The notes beneath the pieces were generated by a model. The model did not search any database. It was not told the DNA's origin and saw only the letters and a program-made list of their open reading frames with translations. Below are positions 40,742-51,591 of a DNA stretch of 64,000 nucleotides, in pieces. Every line of letters begins with the position of its first letter. Position 1 is the first letter of the stretch. The stretch covers positions 1 through 64,000 of the forward strand of contig CAVVOB010000032.1 in NCBI GenBank assembly GCA_963749655.1, written 5' to 3'. Both the position numbers and the translations under genes were made by a program. The DNA is from Nitrospirota bacterium (GTDB lineage: Bacteria > Nitrospirota > UBA9217).

Positions 40742-43171
40742 TCAGAACATTGCGCCGATGGAGAATTCGAACTCACTGGGCTGGTCTCCGGGCTTCTTGT
40801 CGATGATGTAGCCCCACTCGAATCGGAGCGGACCGATAGGTGAAATCCACCAGAAGCCCCATCCCCAGGACTGCCGAAGCTTCGAAATGTCGATTGATTC
40901 CGGCCTGTCATCCGTCGAAAATGCCTTGCCGACGTCCCAAAACAAGACGCCTTTCAATCGCGCAGCAGGAACGATCGGGTAAGTAAGTTCAAAGTTGAAG
41001 ATCAGCTCCTTGTTTCCGCCTAGTCTGTTGTAATCCGATATGCTCTGGCCCTGCACCACACCGCGTCCCGTGGCAGGATCAATCAATGTCGTTCCGTCCT
41101 CTCTCGTTTGCGTGTAAGTCGGGCTGTAAATCGGCTCTAGCGGTCCGGCAGTGCCGTACTTGAATCCCCGAAGCGACGTCGGGCCGCCTACATAGAACCG
41201 TTCTCCCAGAGGAACAGGCTTGTCGATAAGCGATTCAATATACCCGACCCGGCCGCGCATCATGAATACTGTGTCCCAGAACAGCGGGAAATACCAGGCC
41301 GAATCCGCGGCGGTCTTTACAAAATTTGTGTCGCCGCTCAGGGGGCCGCCTGCGTATTCGACATACACACTGTTTTTCGACCCCGTTTTCGGATCGAGGT
41401 AAAAATCCCGCGAATCGCGGGACAGGCTCCAGGTGACTGCGCTTGTCGAGATCCGGTCGCCGTAACTGTTGAGCTGCGTGTCTAGGGCGAACGAGGACGC
41501 CGTTATGTCGTACACCTTGGACTCATCATAGCCGTATTTGAGAAAAGTCGACACGTATTCGCCGAAGCTCTTGCCTGCGGTCAGCGCAAAACCATTGCTT
41601 TTTAGCTTATAACCGTCATAATCCTGAGTCTGGTCGTAGAGGTCTACCTTGCCCCAGATCGGCTTGTCGAAAAGATAGGGCTCCATGAAGCTGACAACGT
41701 AGTACTGGCTCGTTCCGCCTATCTGCATCTTGAACTTAAGGAGCTGCCCGCGGCCGCCCAGGTTGCCCTGTGTCACTTCTGCGATTCCGACGAGCCGGTC
41801 CACGGAACTGTAGCCCGCGCCCACGCTCAGCGTGCCGGTCATCTTTTCCTTCACTTTTACGTTCAGGTCCATGACCGGCTCCTGCTGACGCCGTTCGGGC
41901 ACGATGTCGACGCTCTCGAAGAAGTTCAGGTTGTTGATCCGTTCGTAGCTTCTTTTGAGCGCCTTTTTGCTGTAGAGATCTCCTTCATTCAGGCGAACTT
42001 CCCGCCGGATCACCTTGTCCCGGGTCTTGCTGTTGCCTGAAATGTCGATTCTGCCGATCCGGACTTCGCCGCCCTCCTGAATGTCGATGGAGATGGCGAC
42101 GGTCTTCTTTTCCTGGTCGATGTTGAACAGAGGAACGACGTTCGCGAAGGGACGGGCAAGGCCGTCATAGCGGTCGATAATCGCATTGACATCCTGCCGC
42201 AGCACTTCCCTGCTGAAGATGTCACCCTCCTTGAGCTTCATCATCTTCTCCAGATCGTCCCGGGGAATGAGCTGGTTTCCCTTGATCGTGATGGTCCCGA
42301 CGCGGAACTGGTCGCCTTCTTTAATGTGCATGCTGACCAGAAGCTCGCTGTTCCGCGTAAAGGTTTTCTGATCTCCCCAAAAATAGCATTCCCTGAAGGT
42401 ATACTGTTTCGGCTGGATGACCGGCTCGTTCACCTGCACCTGGATATATCCTTTGTTGTAGTACAGGTTCCTGATCGTCTCCACGTCTTCCTTCAGCTCC
42501 GTCATACGGAGCGTCCCGCTGCGGCCGAGAAAGGAAAACAACCAGTGCTCCTGTGTCTTCAATGCCGCCTTGATGTCGTCCGACGATATCGCCTCGTTGC
42601 CCGTCAGGATGATATTCTCGAGCTTGACCTTCTCGTGCTCTTCGATATAGAAGACGACGTTTCGGTCGCCTCCCCGGAGTTCGGAGATCACGGGAACGAC
42701 GACGACATCGTAATAGCCCTCATCCTGATATTTAAGCCGGATCTTTTCGGCATTTTCATTGATGAGTTGAAGATTGAAGGCCGTTCTCGGCACCAGCGTC
42801 AGGATGTCTTTCAGCTTGTCCGACGACAGTTCGTCGTTGCCTTCGAACGTGATCTCCCGGACCAAAGGCTTTTCCTTGACGGAAAAAATGACCTTGAGTC
42901 CCTTCTCGAACCCTTCCGTCCGCACCTGGACGTCTTCGAAATGACCGAGCTGATAGAGTGTCCTGATGTCTTCCTTGATGAGAGCGGGAGAAAAAACCTC
43001 GCCTTCTTTTGTCTTGACCTTTGCCAGTATGGTCGCCGCTTCGATCCTCTTGTTCCCCTGCACCTCAACGAGAGTGACCTTTACGTCCTCTGCCGCACAG
43101 GGGAGCACGAACGCAAAAAAAATGGTAAGAAAGAACAATGCCCCGAAGGCCGCAGCACGATATCTTTGCAC
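40742..43171 (-). CDS. bamA: Outer membrane protein assembly factor BamA
   Basis: POTRA repeats (GNKRI, GNSKTRDKVIRRE), NLGGRGQ, LRGF, SPIGPLRF, C-terminal F. Confidence 0.96.
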   Translation of the reverse strand: MQRYRAAAFGALFFLTIFFAFVLPCAAEDVKVTLVEVQGNKRIEAATILAKVKTKEGEVFSPALIKEDIRTLYQLGHFEDVQVRTEGFEKGLKVIFSVKEKPLVREITFEGNDELSSDKLKDILTLVPRTAFNLQLINENAEKIRLKYQDEGYYDVVVVPVISELRGGDRNVVFYIEEHEKVKLENIILTGNEAISSDDIKAALKTQEHWLFSFLGRSGTLRMTELKEDVETIRNLYYNKGYIQVQVNEPVIQPKQYTFRECYFWGDQKTFTRNSELLVSMHIKEGDQFRVGTITIKGNQLIPRDDLEKMMKLKEGDIFSREVLRQDVNAIIDRYDGLARPFANVVPLFNIDQEKKTVAISIDIQEGGEVRIGRIDISGNSKTRDKVIRREVRLNEGDLYSKKALKRSYERINNLNFFESVDIVPERRQQEPVMDLNVKVKEKMTGTLSVGAGYSSVDRLVGIAEVTQGNLGGRGQLLKFKMQIGGTSQYYVVSFMEPYLFDKPIWGKVDLYDQTQDYDGYKLKSNGFALTAGKSFGEYVSTFLKYGYDESKVYDITASSFALDTQLNSYGDRISTSAVTWSLSRDSRDFYLDPKTGSKNSVYVEYAGGPLSGDTNFVKTAADSAWYFPLFWDTVFMMRGRVGYIESLIDKPVPLGERFYVGGPTSLRGFKYGTAGPLEPIYSPTYTQTREDGTTLIDPATGRGVVQGQSISDYNRLGGNKELIFNFELTYPIVPAARLKGVLFWDVGKAFSTDDRPESIDISKLRQSWGWGFWWISPIGPLRFEWGYIIDKKPGDQPSEFEFSIGAMF

Positions 43172-43253
43172 GTTCCTGAAAACCTCCAGAATTCTTCGTT
43201 AAGAACGGAATACTATATCATGGCACGCCAAGGGTGTAAACAAAAATTTGTGC

Positions 43254-44378
43254 TCACAGACTTGCAAAGACTTCATTTGACAACAGAATTCCGCGCTCGG
43301 TGAGGATCAGCCGCCTTTGCCGGGTCTCCAGGAGGCCTGCCTCCAACAGAGGGGCCAGGGAGGTTTCTAATCTGTTCAGAACAGCTCCGCCGAAAGTGTC
43401 CCCGAACCAAGCGAGATCAAGTCCCTTCATGGTCCTGAGACGAAGAAAGGCCGTTTCCCGCGCTTCCTCATCCCGGTCGGGTATTTCGGAATCTGCGACC
43501 ACCGGAACTCCGCGGGACAATCTGCTGCAATACTCAGCGATGTCCGCGACATTGGCATATCGCTTCCCCGAGAGAAACGACCACGCCCCGGGGCCCATTC
43601 CCAGATACTGCCCGCGCATCCAGTAATTGAGGTTATGGCGACACTCATGCCCGGAACGGCTGAAATTCGAGATCTCGTAACGCGAGTATCCTGCCTCAGC
43701 AAGAACATTCACCGCCTTTTCATACATCTCAGCCGTACGGTCGTCTTCAGGCAGGACGAGCCTCCCCGCTTCGGTTTCACGTAAATAGGCTGAGCCTTCA
43801 TCGAGCGACAGAGCGTAGACGGATATGTGATCAGGGTTCTCCTTGACCGCCCGCCCCAGTGTTGCCGACCACTGTTCCTTCGTTTGACCGGGGATTCCGT
43901 ACATGAGATCCATTGCGATCGACGAAAAACCCATGGTCTTTGCAAGCCTGAGGGCCGCTATTGCCTGGGATGAATTGTGAATGCGGCCCAGTGCCTGCAG
44001 AATCTCGTCGGAAAAAGATTGGATGCCGAGGCTTAGACGATTCACTCCGCCCTTCTGCCACAGAGAAAGCTTCTCTTTTGTTACGGTGTTCGGGTTGGCT
44101 TCGATCGTGAACTCGACATCGCCGGAAAAAGAAAAATGGTTTCTTATGATGTCCAGAAGCTTTTCGATCTGGTTATCGGAAAGAACCGTTGGCGTGCCTC
44201 CGCCGATATAGATGGTGCTTACGGTGCGGTCCTGCACCGCTGGCTGTAGACCGGCTGCTTCTTGCCGTAGTGCTGCCAGGAACTGATCAGCGATTTTCGT
44301 TGTATAGACTGTGGAATAAAAACCACAGTATAAACACTTTTTACCACAAAAGGGAATATGGACGTAGAGTGATATCAT
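43254..44378 (-). CDS. hemW: Radical SAM heme chaperone HemW (HemN-like)
   Basis: LYVHIPFCGKKCLYCGF, GGGTPT, YEISNF, HNLNYW. Confidence 0.9.
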   Translation of the reverse strand: MISLYVHIPFCGKKCLYCGFYSTVYTTKIADQFLAALRQEAAGLQPAVQDRTVSTIYIGGGTPTVLSDNQIEKLLDIIRNHFSFSGDVEFTIEANPNTVTKEKLSLWQKGGVNRLSLGIQSFSDEILQALGRIHNSSQAIAALRLAKTMGFSSIAMDLMYGIPGQTKEQWSATLGRAVKENPDHISVYALSLDEGSAYLRETEAGRLVLPEDDRTAEMYEKAVNVLAEAGYSRYEISNFSRSGHECRHNLNYWMRGQYLGMGPGAWSFLSGKRYANVADIAEYCSRLSRGVPVVADSEIPDRDEEARETAFLRLRTMKGLDLAWFGDTFGGAVLNRLETSLAPLLEAGLLETRQRRLILTERGILLSNEVFASL

Positions 44379-44467
44379 ATTGATTACTTGGATATTGTCC
44401 GCCGGAAGCGATCTCCGGCGATAAGCGATGTGGATCAACGATGCAACCTGGATGCCAGTAGAGGATA

Positions 44468-44929
44468 TTACTGTGGAGAAGTGATATCTAAAAGAAGCGC
44501 GGATTCGTCACAGTTCGGAAACTTGACGCAGTTGAGACAGTCGGTCCAGATCTTGTGAGGCAGTTCTTTTTTGTCGACATCGCTGAATCCGAGTTTCCTG
44601 AAGAATCCGTCCTGGTAGGTCAGAACAAACACCCTGCCCACGCCGAGTCCTGCAGCTTCTGCAAGGCAGTGACGCACCAGTTCGGTGCCGATGCCGCTCT
44701 TTCTCCGGTCCTGTTTCACAGCAAGCGACCGGATCTCTGCCAGGCCGTCCCAGCTGATATGGAGCGCACAAACGCCGATGAGAGCGCCGTTCTCCTCGTA
44801 AACTGAAAAATCGCGCATATGTTCGTACAGCTCGTTCAGGGTCCGGGGAAGCATCTGTCCCGAGTCCGCGTAGTAGTTGACGAGGGATTGTATCGCTCTT
44901 ACATCGGTTAATTTCGCTTTTCGGATCAT
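44468..44929 (-). CDS. GNAT N-acetyltransferase, short ArgA-type (N-acetylglutamate synthase-like)
   Basis: MLPR, LAEIRSLAV, VFVLTY, LPHKIWTDCLNCVKFPNCDE. Confidence 0.82.
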   Translation of the reverse strand: MIRKAKLTDVRAIQSLVNYYADSGQMLPRTLNELYEHMRDFSVYEENGALIGVCALHISWDGLAEIRSLAVKQDRRKSGIGTELVRHCLAEAAGLGVGRVFVLTYQDGFFRKLGFSDVDKKELPHKIWTDCLNCVKFPNCDESALLLDITSPQ

Positions 44930-45105
44930 GGAAGGAAAACTACTCTGTTGCGGAAATAAAGTCAATGAAAAAGGCCGCTTAGTCACGACAAGGACAATGT
45001 TCGGACGTCTCGTCTGGGAATTTCTGAAAGCGTTTCATTCCGGCCCCATCAAGAATTCGACAGGAGATACTGACGAGGCACTCAAGCACTGTCGATAGGA
45101 GTCCA

Positions 45106-46033
45106 CTACCATCCTATGGTGACCGTATAAGACGACGAACTTGCGATACCTTTGATGACGATATAGAGTGTTGGAGTCGGACTGGTCAACAACGACGAAG
45201 AAATCGTGTCTCCGGTACTTGCATCACATGTAAAAACTGGAGCAGACGAAACTTGAACTCCATCTTGAAACTGGTAAACCAGCCAGTATGTTGTCGTCGG
45301 GATGCTTGACAGTATCAGCTTATTTGTGGCGAGTGACGGATCGGCGTACAGAAACATCTGAGGGTATTCAATAGTCGAGGAAACGTCGGATGAAAGATTG
45401 ATCCAATAACCCGGTCCGGGAGTAACGCTGGTGCTGCTGTACACATTGAGATATCCGGACGAGATTGTCTGTACATCAGCGGCGGGATTTGTTGGTGTTG
45501 CGAAAGAGAGTACATAGTTTGTATCGCCGGACATCACCCGGAAATCATAAAAGAACTGTTCTCCGGGGACCGTTAATGATTCTCCGTTTATCACGGCTAC
45601 GTAATCATCGGAATATTGGCGGGAAAAGTCCATTCGAATACGATCGATTCACTCGATGTCATAGAGGAGTTGGCAGAGTTGATGGTGAATTCCTCAGGTT
45701 CGTTGTTTTTATATGCCGATTCGTTGCGATAGACCTTTATGGTTAATGTTCCATCGGAGCGATAGTCGTCGTTTCCCCCGATGCAAGCGTTACTATTGTT
45801 GATGATATCATGGTCCGCAACGTATATTGCTGACCTGCAGTAATACCGGACAATGTATAGAATTGGCCTGCTTTCGTAAAAACAACGCCGTCGATCCCTG
45901 GTCCGTTCACGCTCAGAGTTGCCAACGATACTGCTCCTGCCTCATGTTTGGTAATACAGGCCGTAAGTCCTGCAAGACCGAAAAGAACAGCCACCGTAAG
46001 TATCGCCCACTGCAGAACCGATTTTCTTGCCAC
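45106..46033 (-). CDS. Hypothetical Ser/Thr-rich lipoprotein, broken by two apparent frameshifts (~45756, ~45617)
   Basis: Lipobox LAGLTA-C. A bridging frame DGTLTIKVYRNE...IVFEWTFPA links ORFs 45743-46033 and 45106-45633. Confidence 0.55.
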
Positions 46034-46081
46034 GCTATGATTCTCCTTGGTGATGACAGCCGGATTATTTCAACACGCGGG

Positions 46082-46110
46082 AGTTTAACGCAAAGCCCTG
46101 GTGGAGTCAA
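46082..46110 (-). promoter_or_regulatory. Putative sigma70 promoter of the lipoprotein gene
   Basis: Minus strand TTGACT-N17-TAAACT. Confidence 0.5.
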
Positions 46111-46395
46111 GGGCATTTTGCCTTTCCCTTATAGGCGATATACTGTTTTCGCAGGACATTTTGGCCATACCCCATCCCCGGAACGACACTTTGATTGATA
46201 AAGGCTCATCAGGGCGTGAAGTCCGTGTAGTGTACAGCTTCAAGGATTAGCGACAGCGATGATACTGTTGGTAACAATGCTCTCATTTCCACGGTCAACC
46301 GGCGAATATTCCGGCCCAACCAGTACAGACACAGGACGAGTTATTCGGAGTTCTGCAATCAACGAAAATCGTCCCGTACTCTTCCAAATGTGCTC

Positions 46396-46425
46396 TTGAC
46401 TTTAGCTTCCTGATTGGAGTATATT
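46396..46425 (+). promoter_or_regulatory. Putative sigma70 promoter of clpC
   Basis: TTGACT-N18-TATATT about 55 bp upstream of the start. Confidence 0.45.
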
Positions 46426-46479
46426 TTATTCAAACGGTAAACGAATTGAGCATGATTTCTTGAAGGCGGTTACCAGAAT

Positions 46480-48921
46480 ATGATGTTTGAAAAATTTACT
46501 GAACGAGGCAGAAAAGTCATCGTATACGCCCGGGAAGAGGCCGAACGGCTTCAGAACGACTACCTGGGCACTGAGCATATCCTGCTCGGAACGCTCCGGG
46601 AGGAAGACGGAATCCCGGTGGCCGTGCTCAGAAAGATGGGCATCGACGTCGACCAGATCCGGATGGAGGTCGAACGGAACCTGCCTTCGAGCGGAAATAC
46701 CCTGACCTTCGGCGACATTCCTTTCACTCCCCGCGCAAAGAAAGTCCTCGAATACGCCGTAGAAGAAGCCAGACTGCTGGGGCACAATTATATCGGAAGC
46801 GAACACCTTCTCCTCGGCTTAATCCGGGAGGAAGAGGGAATCGGGGGAAAGATCCTCAGGAGCTTCGGAGTGAACCTCCTCGGCTCACGGCAGCTGGTCA
46901 TAAACTACCTCAGACGCGCGGCTACGCAAGTGAGCGCGAAAAAAAGCCCTACTCCCGCTCTCGATGAATTCAGCAGGGACCTCACCCAGTTGGCAAAGAG
47001 CGGGAAGCTGGATCCCGTCATCGGGCGGGACAGCGAGATCGACCGGGTCCTGCAGATCCTCTCCCGCAGGACGAAGAACAATCCCGTTATCATCGGAGAG
47101 CCGGGCATCGGCAAAACCGCCATCGTGGAAGGTCTGGCGCAGCGGATCGTGAACAGCGACGTTCCCGAGAACATTATGAACCGCCGTGTGGTCTCTCTTG
47201 ATCTCGGTTCTTTGATCGCCGGGACAAAATACCGAGGCCAGTTCGAGGAGCGCCTGAAGATCGTAATGAAAGAGATTGTCCAGGCGGACAATATAATCCT
47301 TTTTATTGACGAGCTGCATACCCTCGTGGGCGCAGGTGCTGCAGAAGGATCGATCGACGCCTCCAGCATGCTGAAGCCGGCTCTCGCCCGCGGCGAGGTC
47401 CAGTGCATCGGCGCCACGACGCTCGATGAATTCCGAAAGCACATCGAAAAGGACGGCGCTCTGAAACGGCGGTTCCAGCCCATTTATGTGCTGCCGCCCA
47501 CCCTGGATGAGACGATCAATATCATCAAGGGGTTGCGGCCGAAATATGAGTCCCATCACAAGGTCAAGATCACCGATGAAGCCGTCATCGCAGCCTCACG
47601 GTTGTCTGACCGTTATATCACGGACCGTTTCCTCCCGGACAAGGCAATCGATGTGATCGACGAAGCGGGCGCCAAAGCCAAACTGAACCGATACACCTAC
47701 CCTGCTGAGATGAAGTCCATCGAGAAGAAGCTGAAGAAACTTGAGCAGGAAAAGAACCTTTTCTCCCGCATCAAGGACTATGTACGGGTCGAGTCCATCC
47801 ACGAAGAGGAAGACAGGCTGCGCGAAACCCTCGACGGCATCCACAAGGACTGGAAGGATGATCAGGAGAAAAACGTTCCCGTGGTCGGTGAAGAAGAAAT
47901 CGCCGGGATCGTATCGCACATTACCGGGATACCCCTCTCGCGGCTCGAGGAAAAGGAAGCCTCCCGCCTTCTGCGCATGGAGGAAGAACTGCATAAACGC
48001 ATCGTCGGTCAGGATGTGGCCATTGATGCCGTTTCACGTGCAATCCGCAGGTCGCGGGTTGGTCTGAAAACTCGCAAACAGCCAATCGGGTCGTTTATAT
48101 TCCTGGGACCGACAGGCGTGGGCAAAACCGAGCTTGCCCGGTCGCTTGCATCGTTCCTTTTCGACACCGAAGACGCTTTGATTCGCGTCGACATGTCGGA
48201 ATACATGGAAAAATTCAGTTCTTCGAGGCTCGTCGGCTCTCCTCCGGGCTACGTTGGCTATGATGACGGCGGCCAATTGACCGAGAAGATACGGCGCAGG
48301 CCCTATTCTGTCGTACTGTTCGACGAAATCGAGAAGGCGCATCCCGACATTTTCAACATGCTCCTGCAGGTGCTGGACGACGGTTACATGACCGACAGCT
48401 TCGGCAGGAAAGTGGACTTCCGGAATACGGTCATCATTATGACCTCGAACCTCGGGACACGCCAGATCGACAAGGACACGACCCTCGGGTTCCAGCAGGC
48501 AAGCTCCAGAACGCAATACGACAAGATGAAAGAGAATGTCATCTCGGAGCTCAAGAGATCCTTCAACCCCGAGTTTTTGAACAGGATTGACGAGGTCGTC
48601 GTGTTCCATCCGCTGACACAGGACCATCTCGTGAAAATCGTCGATATGCTTATAAACGAGCTGAACGCACAGATGATAGCAGACCGGAGCCTGCGGCTCG
48701 ATGTGACCGATGAAGTAAAGGAATGGCTCATTCAGGAGAACTTCCAGCCCACTTACGGCGCCAGGCCGATGCGCAGGGCAGTCCAAAAATACCTGTCCGA
48801 TCCCCTTTCCGAAGAAATCCTTCGAGGCCGATTCAAGGATATCCATCGGATCGTTGTCAAGTTGAAAAACGGGGCGGTGGAGTTCCAGGAAGAAGAATCA
48901 AGCGTACTTGCAAAAGTCTGA
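46480..48921 (+). CDS. clpC: ATP-dependent Clp protease ATPase subunit ClpC
   Basis: Double Clp-N (GTEH, GSEH), two AAA+ modules ([16 protein letters not shown]), middle coiled coil, LGF ClpP-binding loop. Confidence 0.93.
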   Translation: MMFEKFTERGRKVIVYAREEAERLQNDYLGTEHILLGTLREEDGIPVAVLRKMGIDVDQIRMEVERNLPSSGNTLTFGDIPFTPRAKKVLEYAVEEARLLGHNYIGSEHLLLGLIREEEGIGGKILRSFGVNLLGSRQLVINYLRRAATQVSAKKSPTPALDEFSRDLTQLAKSGKLDPVIGRDSEIDRVLQILSRRTKNNPVIIGEPGIGKTAIVEGLAQRIVNSDVPENIMNRRVVSLDLGSLIAGTKYRGQFEERLKIVMKEIVQADNIILFIDELHTLVGAGAAEGSIDASSMLKPALARGEVQCIGATTLDEFRKHIEKDGALKRRFQPIYVLPPTLDETINIIKGLRPKYESHHKVKITDEAVIAASRLSDRYITDRFLPDKAIDVIDEAGAKAKLNRYTYPAEMKSIEKKLKKLEQEKNLFSRIKDYVRVESIHEEEDRLRETLDGIHKDWKDDQEKNVPVVGEEEIAGIVSHITGIPLSRLEEKEASRLLRMEEELHKRIVGQDVAIDAVSRAIRRSRVGLKTRKQPIGSFIFLGPTGVGKTELARSLASFLFDTEDALIRVDMSEYMEKFSSSRLVGSPPGYVGYDDGGQLTEKIRRRPYSVVLFDEIEKAHPDIFNMLLQVLDDGYMTDSFGRKVDFRNTVIIMTSNLGTRQIDKDTTLGFQQASSRTQYDKMKENVISELKRSFNPEFLNRIDEVVVFHPLTQDHLVKIVDMLINELNAQMIADRSLRLDVTDEVKEWLIQENFQPTYGARPMRRAVQKYLSDPLSEEILRGRFKDIHRIVVKLKNGAVEFQEEESSVLAKV

Positions 48922-48951
48922 AAAGCCCAGCCTATACCATTATCGTTTTTC

Positions 48952-48985
48952 AGCCGTTGCGTAAATCGCAACGGCTTTTTTGTTT
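48952..48985 (+). terminator. Intrinsic terminator after clpC
   Basis: AGCCGTTGCG-taaat-CGCAACGGCT followed by TTTTTGTTT. Confidence 0.85.
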
Positions 48986-49026
48986 ATTCCGCGATAATGT
49001 ATCCGGGGGGTATATCAGACGGGCGG

Positions 49027-50170
49027 TTATCTTCTGAAAATTTTTCCGGTGAGCTTCGGGTCGATAGGCATGTCGGCAGTGATCATGAATGCTATGCCGG
49101 GATCGCCTGAATGCCTCACCATTTCAGTTGCTTCTTCGATTTCTGTCAAGGGCAGGATCCTGCCTGAAGGATCAGCAGTCTGGATTGCTATGATGGTCTT
49201 CTCAGGTTCTTTGCTGAGGGACGTGGCTGCGGTGGCGATCCTGGACAACGTCTCCATGGTTTTCGAGTAGGTCAGTTTCTGTTCAGCCCTGATATCACGG
49301 TAACGGATCGCAATCCAGTAATAATCGATCTCCATTTTCTTAAACTTGACGAAGTCGTAGCCGAAATGGGCCAGTTCTTCTCCGGGTGTTGTGGGGCTAT
49401 TCAGATGGAGCGGAATCCCGAACTTGATCTTCGGATTCACTGACCAGGCTGCTTTTGCGATCGCCTTGTACAGGTTCAGCAGCATGTTCTTTTTCAACCC
49501 CGTCCAGTTCCAGAACATATCAGCGGTCTCGGCGTCTTGCAGCGCATTACCGTCCTTTGTCCTCTTTCCGAATGTATCACGGGCAGAAAATTCCTTATTT
49601 AATATCTGCCTGAATGTTTTCAGGGCCATCGGACTCATCCCCTCCGTTTCACCATAGTAAAAGTCGGTGTCCAGCAGGATGCCGTCAACGGAATAAGCCG
49701 CTATATCAATGACTGATGCCGCCAGTTCATCAATAGCGGTCCGGTAGAACAGGTCGATTCTTCCGGTCCGCTCAAGAGAACCGGTCCTCAGATTGTACCG
49801 ACGGTCCTCCCATTCCGGATGTTTAGTAAGAATCTGCTGATTGCTTCGCGTCGGAAAGACGATAAATACTCTCAGCCCTTCCCGATGAGCGATATAAGAC
49901 CTCATTCGTCAGCATGTTGCCGTCAATTGCACCATTCCGGGAAGGAGGAGGCAGGATCAGGGTATTCGCACCTCCCAGTTTCAGATCATGAAACAGCCGT
50001 TCAATGTCGTCATACTTCGCCGGAACGTTATTCAGGAAGAATGCATTGACGATGTGTTGCTTTTCAGCGCAGGCACACCGAGGGATGAGGTACAACAACA
50101 GTGCCAGCAGAACTAAAAGCAAGAGGGTGGTACTTGCTCTAGAAGATCGTCCCCATATCATGGGTATCAT
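49027..50170 (-). CDS. Exported glycoside-hydrolase-like TIM-barrel protein (PgaB C-terminal-like); frameshift at ~49895
   Basis: Signal peptide; LFHDLKLGGANTLIL joins YIAHREGLRVFIVF...IDLF...VDGILLDTDF...FWNWTGLKK...IDYYWIAIRY. The family call is tentative. Confidence 0.5.
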
Positions 50171-50263
50171 GGCCTTCTCCCCCTTTCTCTGCAGGTCCGC
50201 TTAAAACAGTGACACCCGCAGTTCGGAGCTCTCGCACGGATCCGCGCCCTGCCTGATGGGAAT

Positions 50264-51496
50264 CTATCGCGCCATCTGTTTGATCAAAAAGCGTATCGCC
50301 TGAATGACCTGTAATGGCGCATAATCACGCTGATCGAGAAGGTACAGACGGCGCACTGACGACTTGAATGCAATAGGGATGTGACTCCCGGTCCTTAACG
50401 GCTTGAATGTAACACCGGAAGGAAGGGGGAAATCGGCGAATGGATGTGCGACAACGTTTTGGATGGCGAACTCGTTGAAAAAAGGTATGATGTCCTCGAT
50501 CCGCCCTGCCATGACTTGCAGCATTGATTGCGGATTGGCCGCCTTGACAGCTACGGTGAGCGAACGCATTCCCGTTGACGCTGGGGATCCGTCATTTCGA
50601 TTGCCGAGTGAAAGGATGAAAAGTTCTTTCGGTTGTGCAGGATCAGGCTGGTACAGGACATCGCGCTCCATGCCTACTGGTACAACGTCATCCTGAATGC
50701 CGAAATGACGCACAAGCATTGTCGCATCAAGTTTGCAGAATAGCACCGAGGACGCAGCAACTTCGTCGTTGTCTGTTTTGATGACCGTAGAATGACCTTT
50801 TCGCGAAATGGTTACGGGAATAGACGTGTCGTAGTGAAATGCGCCGCCTTTTGCGATAATAAAGGCACGCAGGTCTCCGGTCAATTTGTCAATTCCGCCG
50901 TAATACTGACAGGGGTTGAGTTTACACAGCCTGATCAGTGCAGAAAACGAAAGCTGCGCCGCAGGCCGCTGAAAGAAAAAAATTGATTGTACGTTAAAAA
51001 ATGATATTACTTCCGGGCTGAATGAATACTTTCCGATAAACCTGCCTGCCGACGAATGCCTTGCAAAAAAATCCGCAATGCGGCTTTTTGATACCCTGAG
51101 GGCTTCTTTTCCCAGATCGCGGTAGAACGTCGCGATAGCCGGGAAATCACGGGGAAATTCCCTCTTCAGTTCATCAAGCGTATTTGCCAAGTCGGAAAAC
51201 ACGGTGATTCGCCGTTGCGGCAGCGCTACCTGATAGGCCCGGGCGATGACCGGTTTCTCTTCCTGAAGACCCAGATCGCGAAACAACTGCCGGAATTCAC
51301 CGCCCTCTTCAAAGCCGTACGTCAGCGAAGGACCGGCGGGAAAACGGAGGCCGTCTGAGGCGCTCTCGGCTCCTGCTCTGAGCGGAGGTGATCCGGGGCT
51401 CAAGATGATCGTCTTCTTTCCTGAAGCGCTCAGGAGCGCCCCGGCAACAAGCCCTCCAAACCCATCCCCCACGATTGCCACGTCACAGTGATGCAC
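50264..51496 (-). CDS. FAD-dependent oxidoreductase, phytoene desaturase-like
   Basis: DVAIVGDGFGGLVAGALL, GLRFPAGPS, YYGGIDKL; GGAGG RBS before GTG 51496. Confidence 0.65.
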   Translation of the reverse strand: MHHCDVAIVGDGFGGLVAGALLSASGKKTIILSPGSPPLRAGAESASDGLRFPAGPSLTYGFEEGGEFRQLFRDLGLQEEKPVIARAYQVALPQRRITVFSDLANTLDELKREFPRDFPAIATFYRDLGKEALRVSKSRIADFFARHSSAGRFIGKYSFSPEVISFFNVQSIFFFQRPAAQLSFSALIRLCKLNPCQYYGGIDKLTGDLRAFIIAKGGAFHYDTSIPVTISRKGHSTVIKTDNDEVAASSVLFCKLDATMLVRHFGIQDDVVPVGMERDVLYQPDPAQPKELFILSLGNRNDGSPASTGMRSLTVAVKAANPQSMLQVMAGRIEDIIPFFNEFAIQNVVAHPFADFPLPSGVTFKPLRTGSHIPIAFKSSVRRLYLLDQRDYAPLQVIQAIRFLIKQMAR

Positions 51497-51515
51497 ACTC
51501 CCTCCGATGCAACGC

Positions 51516-51560
51516 AAATAAAAAAGGAAATAGGTTTGACGGTATACGTTCCTATTTCCT
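51516..51560 (-). terminator. Intrinsic terminator after pnp
   Basis: Minus strand AGGAAATAGG...CCTATTTCCT followed by TTTTTATTT. Confidence 0.75.
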
Positions 51561-51591
51561 CTCTCTTACTCTTATACTGCTGCGGGGACTA

